Source of the DNA: Amphiscolops sp. MND2022 | Taxonomy: Eukaryota | Assembly: GCA_964187785.1 (NCBI GenBank) | Contig: OZ076415.1 | Span: 28,458,001 to 28,522,000 of the forward strand | DNA: 64,000 bases | Reading direction: 5' to 3' | Part shown: piece by piece, positions 25,849 to 37,700 of the stretch | Numbering within the stretch: the first letter of the stretch is position 1 | Layout: each line of letters begins with the position of its first letter | Program-made: the position numbers and the translations under genes | The notes under the pieces: model-generated | Seen by the model: only the letters and a program-made list of their open reading frames with translations | The model's database searches: none | What the model was told of the DNA's origin: nothing

Positions 25849-26822
25849 TTTGCCCTTCCCTCCCGGTTCGTTTGCATCTGTGAAGTTCCAGATGATGTCA
25901 TGTATCCCTGCATGAAGTCCGCAGTTTTCTGTACCTTCTCCGGCTGGGGTCTTTTTGTTCTGCTCCAGATGGGACCTATAACAATCATGATTAATCAATC
26001 CTATCCGAAATTTTTTGTATAGGGCATGCTACCGTATCTTACATTTCTACTTACATTTCGGCTAAACGCTGTGTATTATCAGTAGGTTTCTCCCCCTGCG
26101 GAGTTTCTCCCTCTGTGTGTATTTGGATAATCACATTCTACGGACTGTTTCAGTAGGGACGTATCTTCAGTCCCTTTCTGAGGTGTCATAACTTCTTTCC
26201 GGCGTCTTGCGGCATTCTTTCGTATCCTTCTTCATCATCATTATCATTATCATCATCATGTTTATCATAGACGATCCGACACTCAAAATTTCGAAAAAGT
26301 GGGTCAAAGCGTCTCTTGGGGGCCGTTTACTGGGAGTTGGAGAGTCTAGTCAAAAAATCGAATGTTTTTTGAAAGATTAGATTTTTCATTTTAGCAATTT
26401 CATTCACAATTAAAAACGTAAAAACTACATTTAAAAAGAACGTTCAGTTTTCATATGCAATACTTGGTACGTTTTTAGTCAAGTGGCTATAGAGACGCAA
26501 TGATGTCATTATGAGATAATAGAGACGTTCCGACAGTAGGGAATTATAATACTAGCATCCATGACGTCATTCATATGATGATTTGAATCTCACATTTTAT
26601 TCATTTTTGACCAATCAGAGCTCTCCATTCAGAGTTGTAATAGCATTATTACCACACATCTTGTTTGCACAATATTTTCACTGCGAATGGTCGCTTTGAC
26701 ATCAATCTGTATAGAAACTATACATACAAGTGACGCTCTGTCAACTTTTACAAATTCAATCGTTCATTGCTGAAAATTTTTTAGTTTCTGAAATTACCCT
26801 TCCTTACATTCCTTACACGTTT

Positions 26823-28039
26823 ATGTCAGAACGAACCTTCGATGAGTTGTCGAACCTCACAGAAGTGGCTGGGCTTTGTTATTCCCCAATTGCAAACGAT
26901 GCGCTTCGTCGAGTTACCAGTCAGATGATAGAAGCAGCAGACAACGAAAATGCAGAAATTGTAGGCGAACAAGTCCCAAACAATGATAACGAGCCGTACA
27001 CTTTTTGGAGTCGAATGGCCGCATAGGACCCTTGTTGCAACATTTTAAAGAAAAATTTGATGACATGAAGAATAAGAAAGTGCTCACTACTTTCGAGCAC
27101 AAAACTGGGTCCAACTTCCCCAATTTCATTCGAATAACTGCAAATGGATCGAAGACCTTCACAAAAAATTTGTTGAAGAAAAAGATGGGGAGGCCCCAAA
27201 GTTTGCATTTCCATCTCCAAGTAACAAAAAATTCACTTGTCAAGCAAAGTACCTAAAGGAGACCATAAATCGGCTTTTCGCCATTGATGACAAGCTTTAC
27301 AACCCGGACACCGTTTGTAAAGCCTGGGACAGTTACCGTACCAATACAAACTTTGTGGATGGCACTGTTGCGATCCTTTACCAACTGAATACCGGTCATT
27401 TTGAAGCCACACGAAACAAGTACTACCTAAAACCGGCCACAAATGAAGAAATCACGAAGTTTCTCGACAAACAATTGAACTTGATTGAGGACCCCGAAAA
27501 CTGCTATGTTGCGGACGATGACCCCACAAAGCCCATGCCAGAGGTTGAGGATCCTCAGGAGGAGATGGAGGAACAAGTAGACGGTGGAGAAGATGAAAAT
27601 GAGGAACGAAGCGACAAACACAATCATGACAGAGACGCTGCGACCCCAGATGCAGCTGAGGAGAACAGAACCGAGGATTCGGACAAAGAAAATAGCGCAT
27701 CCGACACCCTATCCCTCGCGAATGACGACTCGTTTCCGGATGTTGACGATTGCGAGCCACCGAAGAAGGCCAAGAAGAAACAATCCACCAAAAGAAGAAT
27801 CCGTTAACGCACTTGCCGAGAAAGCCAAAAGATGGTCCGAGATTCGTGTCAAACTTTTGAAATTCAAAGGCCCTGACGATCCACTGCGAAAACAGCTTAT
27901 TGCCCTGTTTCATCAAGTTTGCGACCGCATGCGGTACAATCCACGTGGGGAGCTCAAACAATTGGCCCAAGCCCAATGTGCCAGTGAGAGAGAAGCCAGC
28001 ATTTTAGCTGAGAAAGCCATCAAAAAGTATGTAACGTAA
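26823..28039 (+). pseudogene. Crypton-like tyrosine recombinase copy 1, internally deleted and frameshifted
   Basis: Fragments homologous to 31842-33983: SNLTEVAGLCYSP, FEHKTGSNFPNFIRIT, DDKLYNPDTVCKAWD, LYQLNTGHFEATRNKYYLKPAT, KFKGPDDPL. The zinc fingers and first catalytic box are missing. Confidence 0.85.
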
Positions 28040-28697
28040 TTAAAAGTTTGGGATACTAAACCTAGCTACAATTGCTTTTAATTGTTCTTACATTACTTTG
28101 TTGAGTTGTTCTTAGGTAACGTACCTTACTTTGACTTGTTATTTTGTGTTTTATGGTCTTTCCAGCCGTTGAATTAAAAGTTTGAGTTTTTCGTTGAAAC
28201 GTTTTTATTGTCCTAAAAAGTCTAAGCGTCTAGTATCAGCATATTGAAACCTTCATAACGTATCTATAGTCACCTACAATAGTGGTTAAAAAATAGGAAA
28301 GCAGCTAACAAAGAAATCGTAAAAAAATTTAAACATGGTTTTTTTGATAAACTAAATCATTCCCTTTGAGAAAACAACGAAAAACTGATTGTTTGAAATG
28401 CATCAATAGGGTATCCTATAGGAACCTGAAAACTGGACTGAGCGTCTCTAGTGTCTCATTTCACAAGTATGCAATTAAGTTTTCTCTGTAACTTTACTGA
28501 ATCATTTCGAGCGGAACAGTTTTCAAAAATGAAATAAAGGAGCATCAGGCACGTCCGTAGAAACCTTGAAAACAAACGAGATTCTTTCTCTGTAAATTCT
28601 ACAGTGATTTTGCTGGAGCGTATCTATTATAATCCAAAAGAGGGGTCAAAGCGTAGAGTATTGACACTGAAAAGAGTCAGAGCGTATCCGATAAACG

Positions 28698-28772
<75 letters not shown>
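28698..28772. repeat. (CAT)25 microsatellite
   Basis: Perfect TCA/CAT run; a shorter imperfect run lies at ~26233-26262. Confidence 0.97.
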
Positions 28773-29321
28773 GGATCATCGGAGACCCATCGTAGTCCTA
28801 AAGTATCTCGGGGGTGTACCCTGAGTCTCCAAAACTCCCAAAACCCTATGTACCAGAAATCTCACGGAAAATTTATTATGTTTTTTTACGAACTCCCTAC
28901 TTTTGATCCCGCCAATAAATTAAAAATTTCAACAGTACTCCACAAGCAAAAAAACAGGCGGTTCCCATCAAAGCTCAAAAAATGACATTTTGAAAATCCT
29001 AGACTACTTGTAAAATTTTGGACTAATCGGAGACTCATTGTACAACAACACTTTCGACTAAAGTCGCAACTTTTCTTCAGCGTCTACTTCTATTTTATCC
29101 TCAAAGGAAGTGCCAGCACGTGCGAACGTGTACAGTTAGTTTGAGTCAACTAATATTGGCAGGTGTGAAAATTTTGAGTCTTTTTCTACTTCAGAGACGC
29201 TGCGTACACTTTTTGAATTAAAGACAGGTGTCATTTTCTCTTACAGCTTCCAACTGATCAGTCGGTCTAAAAGTTTGAACGAAAAATTGTTTTCTGGTTA
29301 TAATTGTTCCAATACATTACC

Positions 29322-29978
29322 ATGAGCGAAGAAGAGACATTACAACCAACAGTTGTTGGTATTTTGGGGAATGAGACCTCGGAAATGATCGACCAAAAAC
29401 TAGCTGAAATGTCAACTTTTGAACTGAATACCAACTCAGATCTCGGTCTACAACTTTCCCCCGCAGCTGATGTTCCCGCGGCAACTTTTACACAGGTTGA
29501 AGTTCCTCTAGAAGAAGAACCAACACATGGGCAGGTCATTTTGACTTCCAAACGGCGAAAAATTCACAAAAAAACATCGAAGGAAGCAGTACGTGATTGT
29601 ACAATTTGCCACAAAAAAGTCGCAAAAATAGAACAGCACCTTGACAAAGTGCATAGAAACCTTCTACCAGAGCACCGGAAGTTCCTGATGTTGTTCTATT
29701 TTACTAAAAACGCCCGCGGTCCAGTTTCACAGTGTGTTAATTGCCCTTTGAGGATGACGAATCCCCGGAGACACAATAATGATTTCCCTCGACACATCAT
29801 TCTGAAGGTCAGAAATAAGAAGTCGGATGAAGAATTCCCACCCCAGATACGGGAGTTGTCAGAAAGAAATGATTTAGGGCCTAAATCTGCAGAATTGTTG
29901 GAGGAGTATTCCAAAAAAGGACTTACTTGCCATCAGACATTGATAATCAGAGACGCTGTGTGCAGTATCAAAAATTAA
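29322..29978 (+). pseudogene. Crypton-like copy 2: zinc-finger N-terminus only, recombinase domain absent
   Basis: CTICHKKVAKIEQHLDKVH...HRKFLMLFY...QCVNC aligns with CVLCLTKVANLRQHFSKSH...QRKFLLSFY...QCNGC of copy 3; stop follows. Confidence 0.75.
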
Positions 29979-31149
29979 ACCGAAGACGACCATATGGATA
30001 CCCCGTGATAATCAGACCCCAATGATGCACGAATACCTCAGCATGAACTAGAAGGTCTCAGCCCCTCATGTTCGAGGACAATTGAAGACGATGACGCATA
30101 TACAACAGACCCTTTGAATACATCCTCGTCCGAGAATACACTTGGAACTTTGGATACAGCACCTCAAAGAGGTGTTTGTGCTAACACAAACTCGAATTCT
30201 GGGTTGTCAACTTGTAGCACTTTTTCCCCCAGTTCAGTTAAAACTAGGACACGAATAATAACAGTTCCTGGAAGGTTTGTCAAAGCAGAAACTCAAGTGA
30301 ATCCTATTTTGAAGAATTGCACTGAAGAATGCGAATGTTCAAGGGGCCACGAGATCCACTGCATGCAAGCATAATTAGTTTTTTTTGGTTTCCTGAGAAA
30401 AGTAGGTGGAAAATTGTCCAAATCAGAGGTTAGGAACCTCATGCTGCCAATGAAAATGAATTTGAAGACCAAAAAGCTGTGCTCACCAAAGTGTACTGAC
30501 AATAAAATAACATTTGCTAGCATTTGGACCTTTAAACTATTAGTTCCGTCCAACCAAAACTTCATTCAACCTTTCATTTATTGTTACGGAATGGTTTTGC
30601 ATTCATTCCAATGTTCAAGGCTTGGTATTTGTTGATATATCTGAAGAAACATTCCCATGTTTCTCTTTTTTTGATGTAAACCCAGGATCGCTAATTTTCC
30701 TAGCTGGTACACAGCGTCTCGATTTTTTAAACTCAAAACCATAAACGAAAGGTATCTCGAAACTGACGTTTTACGTGGCGAATACGTTCCCTAGGCGAAC
30801 TTTAAATCCATGGTTGGACTGTTGATACAACCAACTTTTGCACCGTACTTGAAGTCTCCGATTTTCATTTTGCTGTACACAGAGTACTACATTTTCTCAA
30901 GTTTTGTACGCCTGTTTCTCCATTTTTTACATTTTCAAGCTGATTACTCCGTTTTTTAAACGGCTCTCAAATTTCTCCTAAAACTTGTCGTAGCAACGTC
31001 AGATTCCGTCTGTGGGTCAAAAATTAAGTTTACTAGAATAGCCGAACATAAAAAACGGTAATCTTTTGGTAATTTTTGTAACAAAACCAGGGAGAAGCAC
31101 CTGAAAATTGGGACCCTGTACCTACATTCTCCAATGATCGAGGGCCGAT

Positions 31150-31321
31150 NNNNNNNNNNNNNNNNNNNNNNNNNNNNNNNNNNNNNNNNNNNNNNNNNNN
31201 NNNNNNNNNNNNNNNNNNNNNNNNNNNNNNNNNNNNNNNNNNNNNNNNNNNNNNNNNNNNNNNNNNNNNNNNNNNNNNNNNNNNNNNNNNNNNNNNNNNN
31301 NNNNNNNNNNNNNNNNNNNNN
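31150..31321. other. Assembly gap (N run)
   Basis: Run of N. Confidence 1.
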
Positions 31322-31841
31322 AGCACCCAGGAAACTCCAAAAGGGGGGTCAGGCAGTCTCTCTGGCAATTTTAGTCGGGGGTTGGAAAGTATTTTAGAAA
31401 TTTTTTCTTATTTTCAAATGGTACAATTTTTTCGATATTCGTTATTGAATCGCGAAGCAATATAAAACTTTTCGGCATAGTTTTCAGTTCGATTCATTCA
31501 CGGTTTAAAAAAATCTTTTTTAGAATATAGACTCGCTTCAACTGTTTTGAGTGAATATAGAGACGTTCAACAGTAGGGAAGATTATAATATGCTTGCTGA
31601 CGTAATATCACGTGACTTAAATTCTCTTATTTTATTAGCGTAAGAACCAATCAGAATCGCTCAAGCTTACTTTTCTCATCGCTGCAGGTAATTTGTACGC
31701 ACTCTCGCATAATAAGCGGTCGTATAATCGTTGTCAAAGTGAATGTGATTTGAAAGTAAAACGGCAGAGACGCGCTGTCAACTATTTGCACCTTTTATCT
31801 AATTTCATGTGAAATTTCAAAATCTTGTATTTTCAGACACC

Positions 31842-33983
31842 ATGTCACAAGCTGATACGTCCTTCGATTGTATTTCCAACCTCACAGAAATTGCCGGATT
31901 GGCGTATTCTCCGAGTACAAACGCTCTTGTGAACAGAACTTGTATGGATATCATGGAGTCAGTCAACGCATGTTCAAGCCGAATTTTGGATGATTCTGAT
32001 ATGCCTACGCAAGCTCAGTCGCCCAATGAGATAGTTTCTGAACCAAGGGAACCAAGTGATTCAAATGAGCCACAAACAACGACGCGCCGAGGCAGACAAT
32101 TGCAGCGAAACCAATTGCAAGGCAAACGGCCCAAACAACCACAGGTAAAACAGTGTGTACTTTGCCTTACAAAAGTGGCGAATCTGAGACAGCATTTCTC
32201 CAAGAGCCATAATCTCACAACCCAACAACGAAAATTCTTGCTATCTTTTTATGCTACAAGGATTTGTGTGTCTACAGTGTACCAATGCAACGGCTGCTTC
32301 ATAAGGCTCACTGGAAAGAAGAAACACAAAAAAAATTGCAGAAAGCATGAAATTATCAAAGTAAACCCCAAATCTATGGACGAATTCCCCTCACACTTCC
32401 GCTTTGACATTCCTGGTATACGGGGAAAAACTTTCAACCACCATAAACTGCTCGACGAGTATGATGAGAACCGGAACGAGGCCGGTGATGAAAACATGAC
32501 CCGCTTCCAGAAGACTTTTTTGGCTCAAATTCTTAGTGGAACGTCCTTTTTGAGGAAACCCGAGGCTGTCAAGTCAACATTTTATCGAATCAAGTCAGAA
32601 AAAAACTACACGTTCCAAACAATGCGGAAATTAATGTTTGAATTCAATCGTTTTCTCGAGTTTTGCAACTCCTGCAAACAAAAAGAATTGAGATTCAACA
32701 TGGCTTTGTTCAAAGGAGAGGTCAGAAACCTTCCGAAAAAGACTGCAAAGGAGGCTTCGAAAGAGGTTAATCGGCGTATGCAAGCCAGGTTCGATTCGGT
32801 GCCAAATTTGTACCAAGTTAGCCATCTTCGTCAAATGGTTAAAGAAATGCTGGGTCAGAACGTCTACAGCTCGTTCACTTACCTCGAGTATTTATGCCTT
32901 TTGGTGTTTGTAATCCATTCAGAATCGAACTGCAGAATCGGTGCATTGCTGAACTTGACCTTTGAGGACTATAAAGTCATGCAAGAGAAGAAGGTTATGA
33001 CTTCATTCGAGCACAAAACTGGGGCGAAGTTTCCCAATTTCATACGGATAACAAAAGAGAATAGAAAATGGGTAGATGACCTTCATCAATACTTCCAGGA
33101 AGAAAACAATGGTCTGACGCCTAAGCTCGCTTTTCCGTCCAACACCAACAAGAAGTTCACCTGCCAAGCCAAATATTTCAAGGAGGCCATATACAAATAC
33201 TTTCGAATTGACGACAAGCTGTATAACCCCGACAATGTTCGAAAAGCATGGGATACCTTCTTCGAGAAGTCTCAGTTTGTCACAGGTCAAAATGCCCTGC
33301 TATACCAGATGAACACTGGCCATTGTGAGGCTACACGTCGAAAATACTACCTGAAACCGGCGACCGATAATGAAATTGAAAGCTTCTTAGATGAGCAATT
33401 GAAGATAATTGATGACCCCGAAAGCTGCTACGTGGCCGAAGACGATCCCCCGCCCCCACCACCAGTTGAGCAAGAGGACAATCCTGAACAGCACGAAAGT
33501 GAAGAAGAAACTATGGACACGGGAAACGTTGGTGATACACAGGAAGAAAACGTCGACGGAGGCGCTCTGACACCTGACAATGAAGACGCCAACAACAACT
33601 CATTGGTGATTGACGAGGATGACATGTGTGAAGATGATGCTCCAACACAAATCCCTAGCGACCAAGACGATGAAGATTATAAGCCCGATCCAGGGGTAAA
33701 GGTCAAATGGGAAACAGAAAGAACATTGAAAACTAGAGAAAACGATGCGACAAAATGGGAAGCTATAGGTGAAAAACTGATGAAATTCAAAGGACCTGCA
33801 GATCCCCTGCAACCATTTCTCGAGGAACTGTTTACCAAAGTTGTTGCTGCTCAGTTCTACACAGGTCGGGGCCAACTCAGAGACCTGTGCAAGCTGATGA
33901 AGCTCAGTAATGCTGATCGTGAGAAGGTACTTGATAAGGCTACTAAAAAGCTTTCAAATGTAATGAAAAACACGAAAAACTGA
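31842..33983 (+). CDS. Intact Crypton-like zinc-finger/tyrosine-recombinase protein (~713 aa from the first ATG), intronless
   Basis: Uninterrupted ORF. N-terminal C2H2-like fingers, then YR-type motifs SNCRIGALLNL (Arg), FEHKTG (Lys), PDNVRK (HxxR position) and NTGHCEATRRKYY (His/Tyr), then an acidic region and a basic C-terminus. Confidence 0.8.
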   Translation: MSQADTSFDCISNLTEIAGLAYSPSTNALVNRTCMDIMESVNACSSRILDDSDMPTQAQSPNEIVSEPREPSDSNEPQTTTRRGRQLQRNQLQGKRPKQPQVKQCVLCLTKVANLRQHFSKSHNLTTQQRKFLLSFYATRICVSTVYQCNGCFIRLTGKKKHKKNCRKHEIIKVNPKSMDEFPSHFRFDIPGIRGKTFNHHKLLDEYDENRNEAGDENMTRFQKTFLAQILSGTSFLRKPEAVKSTFYRIKSEKNYTFQTMRKLMFEFNRFLEFCNSCKQKELRFNMALFKGEVRNLPKKTAKEASKEVNRRMQARFDSVPNLYQVSHLRQMVKEMLGQNVYSSFTYLEYLCLLVFVIHSESNCRIGALLNLTFEDYKVMQEKKVMTSFEHKTGAKFPNFIRITKENRKWVDDLHQYFQEENNGLTPKLAFPSNTNKKFTCQAKYFKEAIYKYFRIDDKLYNPDNVRKAWDTFFEKSQFVTGQNALLYQMNTGHCEATRRKYYLKPATDNEIESFLDEQLKIIDDPESCYVAEDDPPPPPPVEQEDNPEQHESEEETMDTGNVGDTQEENVDGGALTPDNEDANNNSLVIDEDDMCEDDAPTQIPSDQDDEDYKPDPGVKVKWETERTLKTRENDATKWEAIGEKLMKFKGPADPLQPFLEELFTKVVAAQFYTGRGQLRDLCKLMKLSNADREKVLDKATKKLSNVMKNTKN

Positions 33984-34596
33984 TTTGATTTGAGTTTGTG
34001 ACATTGTATTTATCCCTGTTACTTTGTTTCTTTTGGCAACTTAGCCAGTACTTGTTGTTTGAATGCTTTGAGTTCATGATATGTTACCTTGATATGTAAC
34101 TTGAGTTTTAACCAGAACGTCTCTATTTACCAAAGTGGGTTGAAGGTTATCTGATAGTCTTCCTTGAAAGTATGAAACGTCTCTATATGCACATCAATGG
34201 ACCTTTAAAGTAGTCGTTGAAAACATTTTATCAGTTGGAAATACGGTGAGACTGGAAGAAAATAATCATAAGAAGGTTAAAAAAACTTGAAAGAGGTCAA
34301 AAGTTGAATTCTAATTGAACGCCTCTGAACCCGTAATTGTCACTCATGTTAGTATCAAAAAGTATCTATATTCTCATTTTGACATAGACAAAATAAAATT
34401 TCTAGATTTTCTAATTCCTGCAATGATAGGACTCCAGCCCACCGGCATGAAATTCGTGACATTTCCCCCAAACTAAGGCGTGCTCAACATTCCACTTTCT
34501 ATCTTTTGGGAGACTCCAGAAGGGCAAAAAAATCAAAGCTTTTCTGTATAATCACAAAAAGGGGTCAGCGGTGCCTAATATTGTCTGGAATTTTGA

Positions 34597-34747
34597 NNNN
34601 NNNNNNNNNNNNNNNNNNNNNNNNNNNNNNNNNNNNNNNNNNNNNNNNNNNNNNNNNNNNNNNNNNNNNNNNNNNNNNNNNNNNNNNNNNNNNNNNNNNN
34701 NNNNNNNNNNNNNNNNNNNNNNNNNNNNNNNNNNNNNNNNNNNNNNN
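34597..34747. other. Assembly gap (N run)
   Basis: Run of N. Confidence 1.
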
Positions 34748-37700
34748 TTTTATTTTGTACTTTTATCATTTTGTAGCGGAGAATGTCTCGTAGGATCTCG
34801 TCCGAATTCCCGTATTTCCCGTCGAGGCCCCGGAGACAGTTATGTTTTTGTTTTTACAGTACTTTCGGTTCCAAAAATGGCAGTTTGTGTTTTTGTTTGA
34901 AGTCTGTTTTCTGGAGATTTTCAATTTGATTCTTTTCAACAAAGTTGAATGGTAATCATAGCAGAATTTTCTTCTTAGGGGATTTTGACTCTGAGGCCAA
35001 CTGCTTTTCTCAGATTTTGGCCCTCGCCATTATCATAGGGTTTGATTTTTTGTTATCCGCATCTCGGACGACATAGATTGGTAACTTTGGTCTACTCGGT
35101 GCTGAAATAAAGACTTCTGACCAGTCTGATAGGTGTGATTCACCGTCTTCTGAAAATTTTGAAAGGTCGGTCCCACGGTTTTGTCAAAGTTTTATTTCAA
35201 ACGGTTTCTTTTTTCCTACGGTATGTATTGTGAATCTCATTGCTTTCAATGCTCAGTAAATACTTTGCATCATACTTTCAACGTCTTCTGAGTCCGCGGT
35301 AATCAGATTTTTCAAAGTTTGTATCGCTCGTTCCACTTCTACGTTTCCGGTATGAAATAGTGGTGGGCAGTATTCACTTTCAATGTTTGGGCTTTTGCAA
35401 GATTCCTGATACTATTTTGATATAAATGCGCCCCAGTGTCAGATTTGATTTTTTTTATTCATCCGAATAAATTGAAGTTTTTTATTAGAAAATCATTATT
35501 TTTGTCCGTTTCAGAGTTTTCACATCTTTTTGTTGTCGACTATCTGAACCTAATGAACCTACTTACTGCGAATATTACTTGTGCGTCTCGATTTACGTTT
35601 TCGTTACGTAATTTTTCGGTGGAACCTATTTGTAACTAATGACCCGTTTCATACAATGTTTCCAATGGAAACGTTTCATACAATAATAGGGTTTTGGAAC
35701 TTGGTGTTTAAGATTCTTATCTGTTGCAAGGCAGGTTGTGCAATCATTTAGTTTTTGCTCAATATCTGTCCGTATTTCCCGCCACCACCACCATTAAGAA
35801 CTTCTCTCGAATGAACGGAGTGTGGAATATACAATAATCGTTTCCGTAGATCATACGGTATTGCTATCTGGTCGTCCACAAAAAATAGGACACACAAAAT
35901 CGACAGTTTTTTTAAAAAAAGGTTTGTAACCTTCCGATGGAGTCGCCGTGTCTTTTCGTCGCATGCTTGACCGAACGCAAGTCATCTCGGGATCAATTGC
36001 TGTCTTCAATATCAAAATGTTTAGGTTCAGCATGAAATCCAATTCGACCAACTATATACAGTCTTCTGTGATCTTCTTGTTCGTCTTCAAATAGCTTACC
36101 TTGTGGTTGATATAGATACCGTGGCATTCTTTCTCTTCTGTGTGGTATTTGCTCCAGTTTACAGTAGACAGGTTGTCTCCTCGCGTGATAACGCTATCTT
36201 CTTCGGTATCAACCAGTTTTTGTTCGTTATCAACTTCACCATCTTCCGAAGTTTCGGCTTCTTGTTTTTCTTTTTCTTTTTCGGCTATTGGTCGTATTGG
36301 TTGGTATCCACTCCCTGGCAGATTAGCTCTAAGTGGTAGCTCCGCATTAGTTTCTGCACCGCTTATTGTCTATTCTGGCGTGACGGCTCTTACAATGTCC
36401 CCTAACATTGAGGATCTTACCTTTTTCGCATGAATCTAAACTACATTTTCTAATCCTCAAACTACTGATAGTTATTCGAGTTCACCGATGGAGTAATACT
36501 TCTCGGTAACATCGAAGTGTCTGCTGTCGAATGCAGTTGGTTTCAATCCTCCATTTTCTTGTTCATGCCATAAAGTAATACCAAGCCTGCTTCGCAGCAT
36601 CTGTCGTAACCATGTTTTCTTTATCTTTTGCGAAATATGCTAGACATGGTTTTTCGGTTAGCATCTCTTTAAACCGAACAAAAATATTTTTTCTTGTAAA
36701 TCCATGTTTTGGTCTTTTGCCTTTTAGGTCTGTCCGTCTGTTCCAATATTTTTGGTAAGAAGTTATTTTGCACCAAGGAGTGATTTCAATTTCTTTGTGT
36801 TCTTCAGTTATTGTAATTTATCATTGCATCCACTTTCTCTTTAATCTGTTTTATACTGTGTTCATCAATTTTGCGTGGCAACTAATTCTTTTTTGTTTTC
36901 AGAAAGATTTCGTCTTTTCTTTTACTTGCTCGGTATCCGGTTTTCCCAAGTTTTGATACTTAAGTTTAAATTTTTTTCTCGTGTAATCGTTTACTTCAGT
37001 GTGTTAGTATAATGATGACGTCTAAGCATGCCGGTGTCATACTTCATTTGATCAGTCGGGTTTCTCTTGAAAGTTTTTGGGTATTTCAGCAAGTCCGAAA
37101 AAACCCTTTTTTGAAGATACAGCATCTAGTTAATTTCGTTCCGCCTATTACAAATTCGCATTGTCGGCTAAGTTCTTGGAATAATTTCAATTGTCCGTGT
37201 GCATCATCGAAATCATTTTTTGAAATAAAGAATTGTGCCTTCCGATCTCGCCTAATCTCCACCGTTAACTGATTTTATAATTCTTTCAAGTTTGGCCATG
37301 TGGGCTTACTATTTATGCAGCTATCGTTCTCTTTTCGGGAGTCTAACGCGATTTTAACCGATTTACTGTTTTTCACTGTAAATACGACCGGTGGTAAGAA
37401 ACAATCTTCATCTACATTAATTAATTTTACTAGATATCCAGCTTTATTTAGTTTTTCCACATCTCTTCGCCACGTCATGTTTCCTTGTAAAGATGGTGAT
37501 ATTGGTCTTGTTTTAAGATACACCGGATAATATCACAGTTTAAATTGTATGTTTATTTCAGCACCTTTAATAGACCAGTTCTCAAATAAATCCGGGAAAT
37601 TGTCGAATAGTTTTTCGGATCGGTTGTTTTCGCCAAATGTTTCGTTCCTATTGAAATTCACACTTTTTCTTTCAACCCATTCCGAGTAGTTTGGTTGTTG

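Noticed and set aside
25655-25853. TSD around the isolated LTR
   Set aside because: The flanks (ATCAA / TTTGC) do not match, so formation by solo-LTR recombination is not demonstrated.
28604-28795. ORF with a poly-Ile tract
   Set aside because: It is a translation of the (CAT)n microsatellite.
31033-31397. ORFs containing X runs (also 34506-34900)
   Set aside because: Artefacts of reading through N gaps.
32015-33875. Several minus-strand ORFs (also 26914-27976, 39803-41053, 51420-51863)
   Set aside because: Antisense shadows of real coding sequence on the other strand, with no motifs of their own.
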